From: a virus
Lineage: Duplodnaviria > Caudoviricetes
Virus record (IMG/VR): IMGVR_UViG_3300020042_007960
Location: 1-34,190 of that record
Direction: 5' to 3' (one strand)
Length of the DNA stretch: 34,190 nucleotides
Shown: piece by piece, positions 10,245 through 18,661 of the stretch
Layout: each line of letters starts with the position of its first letter
Position numbering within the stretch: the first letter of the stretch is position 1
Notes under the pieces: generated by a model
Databases searched by the model: none
Told to the model about the DNA's origin: nothing
Seen by the model: the letters and a program-made list of their open reading frames with translations, nothing else
Program-made: the position numbers and the translations under genes

Positions 10245-11194
10245 CCATTGGTGACGTGTATAGGAAGCACACGTATTTCCCGTCAAGTTTGCCCTCAGTT
10301 AATAGGGCAATTGGGGATATGCGCGGTGTACAGGGAGGGAGCATCGTTCAAATACTTGCGGAACCGGGGCATGGAAAGACGACTATGGCGCTTGACTTTA
10401 TTGCACAAGCCCAAAAAATTGGACTAAAGGAAGTCAGCATTAAGACTGGTGGTTCAAAAGTGAATCAAGAGATTAATGCAGTTTTTGTAGACCTTGAGCG
10501 GACATTTGATGCTGAGTACGCTAAGCGACTCGGGGTTAACATGGATAAGCTTGCAGTATACAAACCGGACTTTGCTGAAAAAGCATTACCGACAATTGAG
10601 CACCTGCTTGAACAGGGGTTACAGCTCGTGATATTTGACTCAGTACCCGCGATGATTACAAAGGATGAATTTGACAAGGATGTTGACGAGCCGGCCAGGA
10701 TGGCGGGTAGTGCAAACATTATGTCACGCTGGCTTATCCGCCTCATTGGTCTTGTTGATAATTCAGACGCACTGTTTATTTTTATTAATCAATACCGCGC
10801 AAACCTATCACCAATGGCACGTTCTGAAAAGAAACCATTTGGCCCGAGAGCGCTTCGTTACTACTCAAAAATTATTCTTGAACTAGCTAAAATTAAAAAC
10901 GAAGATGACCGCTCAACGATTCAGATGACTGTAAGTAAGAATAAGCAGGCCCCGGAGGGGATGAAGGTTGAATATGCCATGCTGAAGGGCCGTGGAGCCT
11001 CTCAGGCGCACGATATATTCAATCTGGGGGTAGAGTATGGGTTTATTAAAAAGAGCGGCTCCTGGTACGAATATGAAGGAAGTAAAGCACAGGGTGCAGA
11101 TTCTGCAATTGCACTGTTTCCCATGAAAGAAATTAAAGTGAAAGTTGAGGAGGAACTGCAAAATGAGCTTCTTGCCCAAAAACAAAGTCAATGA
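10214..11194 (+). CDS. recA: RecA/UvsX-like recombinase
   Basis: Walker A AEPGHGKTT; 'FVDLE', 'IFDSV', 'FINQYR', 'ALRYYS', 'KNK.AP', 'KSGSWY'. Confidence 0.93.
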   Translation: MARVITFDGMTIGDVYRKHTYFPSSLPSVNRAIGDMRGVQGGSIVQILAEPGHGKTTMALDFIAQAQKIGLKEVSIKTGGSKVNQEINAVFVDLERTFDAEYAKRLGVNMDKLAVYKPDFAEKALPTIEHLLEQGLQLVIFDSVPAMITKDEFDKDVDEPARMAGSANIMSRWLIRLIGLVDNSDALFIFINQYRANLSPMARSEKKPFGPRALRYYSKIILELAKIKNEDDRSTIQMTVSKNKQAPEGMKVEYAMLKGRGASQAHDIFNLGVEYGFIKKSGSWYEYEGSKAQGADSAIALFPMKEIKVKVEEELQNELLAQKQSQ

Positions 11195-11525
11195 GTGGCT
11201 GGATAATGTTCCAGACTACTACGATATGACGGCAGCCTACGACAAATTGGGAAAGCTAAAAGCACAATCAATCCGACTAAAGAGGGAGATTGAAAAAGTT
11301 GAAGAACAAGTTGCCATCGAAGCTGATAAACCGCGTTCAAACGAAACCCGTTCAAAGCGTTTACAAGCAACGTCCCTACTCAAGGACTCACTGGCAAATA
11401 TTGAAGCGGAAATTTCAATATGGGAAATGACAGTTAAAACTTTTGAGTATCGTAAGTCTATGTTTGCTTCGGCGGCATACACTACAAAAATTAGATTAGA
11501 AGTACAGAATGGAGACGAACTATGA
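11163..11525 (+). CDS. Coiled-coil hypothetical protein (possibly a UvsY-like mediator)
   Basis: Helical heptad pattern; directly after recA; start ATG 11163 behind GAGGAGG. Confidence 0.55.
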   Translation: MSFLPKNKVNEWLDNVPDYYDMTAAYDKLGKLKAQSIRLKREIEKVEEQVAIEADKPRSNETRSKRLQATSLLKDSLANIEAEISIWEMTVKTFEYRKSMFASAAYTTKIRLEVQNGDEL

Positions 11526-12259
11526 CAGAAGGGAAGTTTAGCGCTTCCCGCATAAATACGTACAAGACATGCCCGCGGCTCTATTATTTCAAATATATTG
11601 AACAACTAGAAGAACCAAAACATATTTTGACGATTATGGGCAGCGCATTACATAAATCAATTGAAGACTTTTACGCAAAAGGAATACCACCTCAAGCGAC
11701 ATTTAATAAAGAATTTTATAGTGGAGTTTCCTACGCCGAAGCCCAGCTGGGTATAGTAATGGGAAAGAATACCCCAGCCCAGGTTTCAATGCTCGGTAAG
11801 AGTATTGTAGACGCAATAGACTGGGGGTTAAAACCGCTTGAGTTGGAAAAAGCATTTGAGCTACCGTTTCCAAATAAAGAAAATCCCGTTTGTATCTTAC
11901 GCGGTGTTATTGATATGGTACTTGAAGATGGTGTAATTATAGACCACAAGTCAAGTAAGGTACAGCCCTCTAAGAAAAAATTATCTGAAAACTACCAATT
12001 TATTTTATACGCCTGGGCTTACAAAGAGCTTTACGGTAAGCTACCCGAAAAAGTATACTGGCATCACCTACGCACACAGCAGTTTATAGAAGCAGATGTA
12101 CTAAAAGATTTTGATGAAAAGTTGACAAGCATCGTAAATGATGTTATACTGATAATTAACGACACACAACACGAAAAAGTAGAGCGAAACGGTTTCTGCG
12201 ACCACGTGTGTCACTTTAAAGATAGATGTTGGAGTAACCATGTCGAAGGCGATAGTTAG
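11522..12259 (+). CDS. PD-(D/E)XK RecB/Cas4-like exonuclease with probable Fe-S cluster
   Basis: 'SASRINTYKTCPR', 'GSALH', 'GVID...IIDHKS', 'QFILY'; C-terminal CxxxC...C. Confidence 0.85.
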   Translation: MTEGKFSASRINTYKTCPRLYYFKYIEQLEEPKHILTIMGSALHKSIEDFYAKGIPPQATFNKEFYSGVSYAEAQLGIVMGKNTPAQVSMLGKSIVDAIDWGLKPLELEKAFELPFPNKENPVCILRGVIDMVLEDGVIIDHKSSKVQPSKKKLSENYQFILYAWAYKELYGKLPEKVYWHHLRTQQFIEADVLKDFDEKLTSIVNDVILIINDTQHEKVERNGFCDHVCHFKDRCWSNHVEGDS

Positions 12260-12602
12260 AGAAAAATTTAAGGACTTCTTCAAAGGTAAACTTTCTGTAG
12301 AAGAGCGGTCAGAGATTAAGGACGCCTATTCGGCTTTGTATGGACTGCTTATAGATTATGACGTTTTTTCTATTCCATACTTAGTACGCTATTCTCAGGG
12401 ATATACTATTCCAGAGATAGCTGAAATTTATGGTTCTACAGAGGCTACTATCAGGGAAACACTACACTACACGTACTCACTGTTTGGTGAGGTGCTTCAA
12501 CTAGATGATGAGATGATTGCACGTAGAGTAGATAAACCCATGAGGGCTGCTGCTGCAAATGTTTTGCACAGAATTTATACAGAATTTTTGGAGATAGAAT
12601 GA
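12240..12602 (+). CDS. Helix-turn-helix protein (sigma70 region 4-like)
   Basis: 'YSQGYTIPEIAEIYGSTEATIRETL'. Confidence 0.6.
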   Translation: MSKAIVREKFKDFFKGKLSVEERSEIKDAYSALYGLLIDYDVFSIPYLVRYSQGYTIPEIAEIYGSTEATIRETLHYTYSLFGEVLQLDDEMIARRVDKPMRAAAANVLHRIYTEFLEIE

Positions 12603-13582
12603 TTACAGAAGAGATTGTACAAGAAGCGTTACGCATTCGTGCGGAATCTCCAAGGACAACATTTCGTCAAATAGCCGAAAAATTACTAGGAAATCCAGAC
12701 TACGCTGTTGCTCTCCGCAAGTTTATTGCGGGCCAGCAGCGGGGGTCTGAGGTGGCGATTGTTACAAAAGAACGGCGGCGCATATTAGTTGACGCTAGTT
12801 CTATGACAAAACATGTTGTTACGAGACTTCCGGGACAGTTTAAGATGAATCTACCTTACGCGGCACACGCTGAGGTAGCGTCTGCTATGATTATCTCAGA
12901 CTTACACTGTCCCCATGTGGATAGGGCTATGATAGAGGCGATGGTTAGGGATAGCAAACAAGCTGGTATTGACACGCTTATTGTTGCCGGTGATATTATT
13001 GACGGCCAGTTTACAGGAAGACATAAAAACCCGCCGCATCTTACCGCATCCGCTGAGGCAGAGTTAAGTCATATGCGGTACTACCTTAAGTATTTTGAAT
13101 ACACGTTTAAGAAGGTGTACGTATGCCCAGGTAATCACGACGGTTGGGTGACTAATTACTACGAGGTTTCTTTTAAGGACCTTATTCAGATGCTACTGGG
13201 TGACCATAAACTAATCGTTTCTGACTATGAGTATATAACAGTCAACGATAACATTGTTGTGGGTCACTTAGAGGAGTGGAATGAGGTACCTGGTTACCTA
13301 GCCTGGAAGATTGCAAACCAATTTAAAAGACACGCTATTGTTGGTCATGACCACATTAGAGGGGTCTACACAGAAAATAGTTCTAAGCTACATGGAATTA
13401 GTCTTGGGGCGTGTCTTGTTCCGGATAATATCTACTACAAGAGAGCCTCGTTTAATTCATTCCCTGCATTTCAGAATGGTTATGGTGTTTTGGAAAGTCC
13501 AGAAACTCTACGGCTTATGTCGTGGGACGGTAAGAAAACAAAGCACGAAAAAACAATATACTTATCAAAAACTACTAAGTGA
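12599..13582 (+). CDS. Calcineurin-like metallophosphoesterase with N-terminal HTH
   Basis: DLH, GDIID, GNHD, GH and GHDH motifs; 'TFRQIAEKL' at the N-terminus. Confidence 0.85.
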   Translation: MITEEIVQEALRIRAESPRTTFRQIAEKLLGNPDYAVALRKFIAGQQRGSEVAIVTKERRRILVDASSMTKHVVTRLPGQFKMNLPYAAHAEVASAMIISDLHCPHVDRAMIEAMVRDSKQAGIDTLIVAGDIIDGQFTGRHKNPPHLTASAEAELSHMRYYLKYFEYTFKKVYVCPGNHDGWVTNYYEVSFKDLIQMLLGDHKLIVSDYEYITVNDNIVVGHLEEWNEVPGYLAWKIANQFKRHAIVGHDHIRGVYTENSSKLHGISLGACLVPDNIYYKRASFNSFPAFQNGYGVLESPETLRLMSWDGKKTKHEKTIYLSKTTK

Positions 13583-13588
13583 GGTTGT

Positions 13589-14137
13589 ATGACAATTGAC
13601 AAGCTGGAGTCTTCTGGTATAATGAATGGAGTGAGCGTACCGCCCGAACTGATTAAAGAAAAAATCTATTCAATGAACAAAGAGATTAGATACTTAGATG
13701 AGATTGTGCAGGCTTATTCTGTGTACGGTAAGCTAACTACTATTGGAAGTTTAATGCCGTTTTGTCAAGCAATTCACGAGACTGGTTGGTTTACCTCTAG
13801 GCGCTGGGTTGAGAACTTCAACCCGGCCGGTATAGGTGCTACGAATGATGGCGCAGAGGGGAATAAATGGGTGTGTGCAACAGCAGGTATTCTAGCTCAG
13901 TATGGGCACCTGCTTGCGTATTCTGTTAAACAAGAATCCGCCACCGATACTCAAAAACTACTCATGCAATTCTCACCAAGATATGCTATACTAAAGAAAC
14001 ATAAATTGCTTGGGGTCGCCCCTACGTGGGTTGACTTAAACGGACGCTGGGCTTACCCAGGTAAAACTTACGCCCAAGCAATAGCAAACATCGCTAAGTT
14101 ATTTACTAACCGCGGTAACTACTATAACGAAATTTAA
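13589..14137 (+). CDS. Glucosaminidase-family peptidoglycan hydrolase (endolysin-like)
   Basis: 'QAIHETGWF', 'NFNPAGIG', 'LNGRWAYPGKTY'. Confidence 0.75.
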   Translation: MTIDKLESSGIMNGVSVPPELIKEKIYSMNKEIRYLDEIVQAYSVYGKLTTIGSLMPFCQAIHETGWFTSRRWVENFNPAGIGATNDGAEGNKWVCATAGILAQYGHLLAYSVKQESATDTQKLLMQFSPRYAILKKHKLLGVAPTWVDLNGRWAYPGKTYAQAIANIAKLFTNRGNYYNEI

Positions 14138-14139
14138 TA

Positions 14140-14538
14140 ATGGAGGACTACTTGAGCTTATTTGTGACTATTCTTTTGGGGTATTATCTAAGAGTGTGTG
14201 ACTTCGGATACTGCAAAATGACAGAGGTTGGGCCGGAAGTTATTGCAATTACTTCATGTGAAAGCGGTGACGGACTAAACTTCGGTACTATTGATTGGGA
14301 TGCTGTTAGTAAAACAAAAGATACGGGTGCGTTTCAATTTAATGATGCAACGTGGGCACTGTTTGACACCGGATTTAAACACGCAAAGGACGCGCCACAT
14401 TCATTACAAGTTTACAAGTTTTACGAATTATGGAATCATGGCTTGGGATGGACTCATTGGAAGGCATCAAGAAAATGCTGGGGCCAGTGGATATCGGTTA
14501 CGAAGGATGGGAGGGCGGTTTGGAACGGCGAACAGTAA
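14140..14538 (+). CDS. Rpf-like lytic transglycosylase (lysozyme-like fold)
   Basis: 'ITSCESG', 'GAFQFNDATW', 'A.DAP..LQ', 'GWTHW..C'; hydrophobic N-terminus. Confidence 0.75.
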   Translation: MEDYLSLFVTILLGYYLRVCDFGYCKMTEVGPEVIAITSCESGDGLNFGTIDWDAVSKTKDTGAFQFNDATWALFDTGFKHAKDAPHSLQVYKFYELWNHGLGWTHWKASRKCWGQWISVTKDGRAVWNGEQ

Positions 14539-14798
14539 TCTACTTTAGTGCAGAATGGTGCACGCCGTGTAAGAAACTGGCACCTATGCTAGAAAAAACT
14601 GTACGTAAGTATAAGGATGACATTGACTTTATTAAAGTAGACGCGGACGCTGAAAAGCCCCTTGTCAACTTTTATGGAATTAAGTCTGTTCCCACATTCG
14701 TACTTGTTAAGGGTAACGATAGCTTTGAAGTAACTCCGGTTACAGTTAACCCGCAATTTCTAGAAGACTACTTTTACAAAGCATTAATTAAAAAGTAG
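14520..14798 (+). CDS. trxA: Thioredoxin
   Basis: 'FSAEWCTPCK', 'KVDAD', 'GIKSVPT'; probable TTG start behind GGAGG. Confidence 0.88.
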   Translation: MERRTVIYFSAEWCTPCKKLAPMLEKTVRKYKDDIDFIKVDADAEKPLVNFYGIKSVPTFVLVKGNDSFEVTPVTVNPQFLEDYFYKALIKK

Positions 14799-14820
14799 CT
14801 ACCGAGAATTCCTCGGTAAC

Positions 14821-14880
14821 TTGACCTGGTGAACATTCTAGTTTACCTGGTGACTATTCTAGTTTACCTGGTGACTATTT
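14821..14880. repeat. Three tandem 21-bp repeats, candidate operator array upstream of tRNA-Leu/pstS
   Basis: ACCTGGTGA cores at 14824, 14845 and 14866; unit TTTACCTGGTGACTATTCTAG. Confidence 0.8.
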
Positions 14881-14900
14881 GCCCGGGTAATACCGGGCAC

Positions 14901-14984
14901 GCCGAGGTGGTGAAATGGCATACACGTTAGCCTTAGGAGCTAATGACGCAAGTTGTGAGGGTTCGACTCCCTTCCTCGGCACCA
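14901..14984 (+). tRNA. tRNA-Leu(TAG)
   Basis: GCCGAGG/CCTCGGC acceptor stem, TTAGC-CTTAGGA-GCTAA anticodon arm, long variable arm, TTCGA, encoded CCA. Confidence 0.93.
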
Positions 14985-15028
14985 CTGGTAGCAAAAGCTA
15001 CCAAATAACTCAGTATAGAAGAGGTTTT

Positions 15029-16363
15029 ATGCGTTTTAAAGGTTTGTTGCTTTGTGTAGTGCTTGCAGTTTTGTGTGCGTGTGGCGCTCCAGCCGTTGTG
15101 GTTACACCCACTAATGTTCCTGATAATCTACCCGCAGCTCCTACAGCAACTATTGAAGTAGAAATCCCAACAGAAATCCCGACAGAAATCCCGACGGTAG
15201 TCCCAACAAAGGTTCCAACGGAAATCCCAACAGAAATCGCCACAAACATTCCTATTGCGACTCCTACTACAGTAGTTACGAACACCGTAGTTCCAACTGC
15301 GGTAATTATCCCAACGGCCACAACTGCTCCAGTAGCAGCGGTTACCGAATGGGAGCCACGACAATTGACTGCGAAGTTGGTTGGCTCTGGTGCAAGTTTC
15401 CCTAACCCATTGTACCAAGTATGGATTGCAGTGTACACGAAGAACGTCGTTCCTGGTGTGCAGTTAAGTTACTCTAGTGTTGGTTCGGGTCAGGGTCAGA
15501 AAGACTTTATTGCTTACTTGACCGACTTTGGTGGGTCTGACTCAGCAATTAAATCGGGCGATGTTACTACCAAGGCTCCAGACGCAATTCACTTGCCAAT
15601 GGTCATGGGTGGTGTCATGCCGATGGCTAACATTCCTGGTATTAAAACAGGTCTGAAGTTTACTCCAGAAACTCTCGCCGGTATTTATCTAGGTGCAATT
15701 ACTAACTGGAATGACCCACGTATCGCTCAAGATAACGCAGGTGTTGCTCTCCCAGACTTGGCGATTACTCCGGTTTATCGCTCTGACAGTTCAGGTACGA
15801 CGTCAATTTGGACTGACTACCTAAGCAAGGTCAGTGCGGATTGGAGGGCCAAGGTTGGTTCTGGTAGTGCTGTGAGTTTCCCAGCGGGTATTGGTGCCTC
15901 TGGTAACGCCGGTGTTTCAGCAACAGTCCTTAATACCAACGGTGGTGTTGGTTATGTTGAAGTTGGTTACGCCTTAGCGGCCGGCTTCCCACTACCATTC
16001 GTCAAGAACGCCGCTGGTAACTTTGTCAAGCCCGAAACTGCAAGCGTCAGCGCCGCTGCTACGGGTTTGAATATCTCGTCCAACCCACAAAAGTTGGCTA
16101 CGTCTATCACAAACAGTGCTTCTGCCGACGCCTATCCAATTGCAGCATTTACGTATGTTCTTGTTCGTCAATCGACCTACACGGATGTAGTTAAAGCGCA
16201 GGCCCTGTCAGACTTCCTTTACTGGGGTTTGACCACGGGTCAGGGAGCAACAGTCCGTTTGGGCTATGCACCACTTCCCGAGGCAATGCGCCAAGCTTCA
16301 ATGAAAGCACTTAAGACTGTTGCAGTCAATGGTCAATCAGTACTGGACGCCCCAGTTAAGTAA
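15029..16363 (+). CDS. pstS: Phosphate ABC transporter substrate-binding lipoprotein PstS with Pro/Thr-rich linker
   Basis: Lipobox-like LCAC; (PTEI)n linker; 'GSGASFPNPLY', 'VGSGQG', 'DFGGSD', 'RSDSSGTT', 'GYVE', 'YPI'; true start ATG 15029 behind GAGG. Confidence 0.95.
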   Translation: MRFKGLLLCVVLAVLCACGAPAVVVTPTNVPDNLPAAPTATIEVEIPTEIPTEIPTVVPTKVPTEIPTEIATNIPIATPTTVVTNTVVPTAVIIPTATTAPVAAVTEWEPRQLTAKLVGSGASFPNPLYQVWIAVYTKNVVPGVQLSYSSVGSGQGQKDFIAYLTDFGGSDSAIKSGDVTTKAPDAIHLPMVMGGVMPMANIPGIKTGLKFTPETLAGIYLGAITNWNDPRIAQDNAGVALPDLAITPVYRSDSSGTTSIWTDYLSKVSADWRAKVGSGSAVSFPAGIGASGNAGVSATVLNTNGGVGYVEVGYALAAGFPLPFVKNAAGNFVKPETASVSAAATGLNISSNPQKLATSITNSASADAYPIAAFTYVLVRQSTYTDVVKAQALSDFLYWGLTTGQGATVRLGYAPLPEAMRQASMKALKTVAVNGQSVLDAPVK

Positions 16364-16407
16364 GTTAACTTGGTTATAAAACTCGCCGGCCTAACCAACC
16401 GGCATAA

Positions 16408-16483
16408 GGGCCAATAGCTCAGAGGTTAGAGCAAATTCCTCATAAGAATGGTGTCGATAGTTCAATCCTATCTTGGCCCACCA
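16408..16483 (+). tRNA. tRNA with CAT anticodon (elongator Met or Ile2)
   Basis: GGGCCAA/TTGGCCC stem, CTCATAA loop, GATAG-TTCAATC-CTATC T arm, CCA; G1-C72 is paired, so not an initiator. Confidence 0.88.
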
Positions 16484-16484
16484 A

Positions 16485-16570
16485 GCCAGAGTGGCGGAAC
16501 GGCAGACGCTACGGTCTTAAAAACCGTTGAAAGTGATTTCGTGCGGGTTCGACTCCCGCCTTTGGCACCA
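16485..16570 (+). tRNA. tRNA-Leu(TAA)
   Basis: GCCAGAG/CTTTGGC, ACGGT-CTTAAAA-ACCGT, long variable arm, CCA. Confidence 0.93.
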
Positions 16571-16571
16571 A

Positions 16572-16646
16572 GGGTCAATAGCTCAAAGGCAGAGCATGTG
16601 CCTTTTAAGCGCTTGGTTGTAGGTTCGACTCCTGCTTGACCCACCA
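16572..16646 (+). tRNA. tRNA-Lys(TTT)
   Basis: GGGTCAA/TTGACCC, CTTTTAA loop, TTCGA, CCA. Confidence 0.9.
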
Positions 16647-16660
16647 TTAAAGGAGTGAGT

Positions 16661-16843
16661 ATGACTAAAGTACTTAATTGTTTGTGTGGTCAGTGTCGAT
16701 TGTCTAAGAAACGGTCTACTACGTATAAACAGCATAACAGAAATGTACGTAGAAAAATTCGCCGGCTTGTATTTTATAATGTTTTGCATTATAATTATGA
16801 GATAGATATTCCAGAAAAACATAGCGGGGTTTACCTCGCTTAA
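16661..16843 (+). CDS. Small basic hypothetical protein (CxCxxC)
   Basis: AAGGAG RBS; fills the gap between tRNAs exactly. Confidence 0.6.
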   Translation: MTKVLNCLCGQCRLSKKRSTTYKQHNRNVRRKIRRLVFYNVLHYNYEIDIPEKHSGVYLA

Positions 16844-16844
16844 T

Positions 16845-16919
16845 GCCAACGTGGCGCAATGGTAGCGCAACTGTTTTGTAAACAGTCGGTCGTCGGTTCA
16901 AATCCGACCGTTGGCTCCA
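16845..16919 (+). tRNA. tRNA-Thr(TGT)
   Basis: GCCAACG/CGTTGGC, ACTGT-TTTGTAA-ACAGT, CCA. Confidence 0.93.
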
Positions 16920-16928
16920 GTAATTCAC

Positions 16929-16957
16929 TTGACAAGTAGTCAACAATGTAGTATTCT
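16929..16957 (+). promoter_or_regulatory. Sigma70-type promoter for the Mom-like gene
   Basis: TTGACA, 17 bp, TATTCT. Confidence 0.6.
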
Positions 16958-16978
16958 TAATATAGAAAGGATGAACAA

Positions 16979-17605
16979 ATGCAGAATCTATACCACGTAA
17001 AAAGAATTTCTGGGAAAGATACTAAAGAGTTTATTATAAAGAATCACTACACACATGGATGCCATAATGGTCCTATGGGATTTGGTTTATTTGAGGGGGA
17101 CTTTTTAATAGGAGTTTGTGCTTTTGCAACCCCTTGTTCAGAAAATGTACGTTCTAGTATTTTTGGAAAAGAATTTAAAGATTCCGTAACTGAGTTACAC
17201 CGACTTTTTATCGTTGACGGAACTCCAAAAAATACTGAAAGTTGGTTTGTAAGCCGGGCATTAAACATGCTTAAGGAAGAGAAGCCACATATTCAAGCAG
17301 TAGTATCTTTTGCTGACGGTACTCAAGGACATGTAGGCACAATCTACCAAGCACTTAATGCTATTTATTATGGAACTTCAGGAAAAGCCACATTCTACCG
17401 AGACGGGGACGGTCGATTACGGCATCCAAGACAGAACGGTACTAATATTACAAAAGAAACTGCACAAGTATTAAACTGGATTCCAGAAAAAAGAGAGGCT
17501 AAACACCGATATTTATTTCTACTGGGAACTCCATTTCAAAAAAAGAAACTACGTAAAAAGACTCTAGTAGTAGCAAAACCGTATCCAAAAAAGTTAACAG
17601 TTTAG
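16979..17605 (+). CDS. Mom-family (GNAT-fold) DNA adenine modification protein
   Basis: 'IIKNHY', 'GVCAF', 'ELHRL', 'PKNTESWFVSRAL', 'SFAD..QGHVGTIYQA.N', 'KHRY'. Confidence 0.8.
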   Translation: MQNLYHVKRISGKDTKEFIIKNHYTHGCHNGPMGFGLFEGDFLIGVCAFATPCSENVRSSIFGKEFKDSVTELHRLFIVDGTPKNTESWFVSRALNMLKEEKPHIQAVVSFADGTQGHVGTIYQALNAIYYGTSGKATFYRDGDGRLRHPRQNGTNITKETAQVLNWIPEKREAKHRYLFLLGTPFQKKKLRKKTLVVAKPYPKKLTV

Positions 17606-17618
17606 GCTGTTAATATTT

Positions 17619-17655
17619 GCCAGCATAGCTCAGCGGATAGAGCAATTGCCTTTAA
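17619..17655 (+). pseudogene. tRNA 5'-half remnant (Arg-like)
   Basis: GCCAGCA-TA-GCTC-AGCGGATA-GAGC-A-ATTGC-CTT; breaks off in the anticodon loop; no matching 3' half seen. Confidence 0.7.
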
Positions 17656-17665
17656 AGGAGAGTGT

Positions 17666-17893
17666 ATGGAACAGAATTCAATAACGGACCCACTCAGCCC
17701 ACTAGATAAGCCTTGTTCTTTTTGTGGTACTGAGTATGAGGATGATAACTGGGGTGTGCTAGGTTGGATAGGGATTCTACCCATCTCACTTTGTATTGAT
17801 TGTCAAACTGGGGTGTTTAACATGGTCTATCAACTCACTCCGCTAGAAGACCTAGAAGATATGATAAAGGAACTTAAAGACGAGCCGACGTAG
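17666..17893 (+). CDS. Small hypothetical protein with two CxxC motifs (Zn-binding)
   Basis: AAGGAG RBS; CSFC...CIDC. Confidence 0.7.
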   Translation: MEQNSITDPLSPLDKPCSFCGTEYEDDNWGVLGWIGILPISLCIDCQTGVFNMVYQLTPLEDLEDMIKELKDEPT

Positions 17894-17959
17894 CTTAATG
17901 GACAAAGTAGCTGTCTTCTAAACAGTTGAGTGTAGGTTCGAGTCCTACCGTTGGTACCA
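17884..17959 (+). tRNA. tRNA-Arg(TCT)
   Basis: GCCGACG/CGTTGGT, GCTGT-CTTCTAA-ACAGT, GTAGG-TTCGAGT-CCTAC, ACCA. Confidence 0.85.
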
Positions 17960-17993
17960 ACCGCATTAGCGGTACATTCTATAGGAGAAAGAT

Positions 17994-18659
17994 ATGCCAA
18001 AAGTAATTCACTTGGATAATCCGGGTGGTACGTACACAGCAACGCCCACGTTTGTAGAGCCAGATAAGTCTGGAGCAATCTATCACACGTCAATGGGTTC
18101 TAATTCAGCAGGGACTCCATTTGGTATTCACGTGTGGAAAGACGCCCCAAATAAACCACCTCAGGAAATTTTGTTCTATCCTGGCGACCACGGCGCGCTT
18201 AAGGTTATGGGAAATACTTTGTATTTTATTCATAATAGAGCCGCGCAGAAAGACTCTCAACTAGAAGAAATTCCCGGCTATATTTATCCGGGTGATACTG
18301 TACCATCTACTGTAGTTAACATTAATGACAAGCAGGTAGCAGAACTCAAACAGCAACTTGGCACAGCACAGGCCCAAGCAAACGCTGCTTATGCACAATC
18401 ACAGAAGGCTATGAGTCTTGTTAGTACATTGACTAATCAAGTAAATGCACTAAATGCACGAGTAACTAAATTAGAACAATCCGGCGGTGGTACTTCACCT
18501 GTCGATAAGCAACAAATTGAGGATATCGTCTGGCAGAAGATTATGGATGTGCTGTGGATTATCCGTCAGGCTATGAACTCCGGCTCTTCGACTGACCCAA
18601 ATATTCAAGGATATCTTATGGACTTGACCGCATTTATTAAGAAAGTCGTAGGGAAGTAA
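17994..18659 (+). CDS. Hypothetical protein with central coiled coil
   Basis: 221-aa ORF, AGGAG RBS, Q/A-rich heptads. Confidence 0.75.
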   Translation: MPKVIHLDNPGGTYTATPTFVEPDKSGAIYHTSMGSNSAGTPFGIHVWKDAPNKPPQEILFYPGDHGALKVMGNTLYFIHNRAAQKDSQLEEIPGYIYPGDTVPSTVVNINDKQVAELKQQLGTAQAQANAAYAQSQKAMSLVSTLTNQVNALNARVTKLEQSGGGTSPVDKQQIEDIVWQKIMDVLWIIRQAMNSGSSTDPNIQGYLMDLTAFIKKVVGK

Positions 18660-18661
18660 TC

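Noticed and set aside
14915-15028. N-terminal extension of PstS given by the ORF track
   Set aside because: Overlaps tRNA-Leu; the RBS and signal peptide support ATG 15029
16385-16403. GCCGG-N9-CCGGC hairpin after pstS
   Set aside because: Only a 5-bp stem with no U tract; cannot be told from chance
16448-16946. ORFs 16448-16639 (+), 16583-16870 (-) and 16719-16946 (-)
   Set aside because: They run across tRNA genes and are shadow frames
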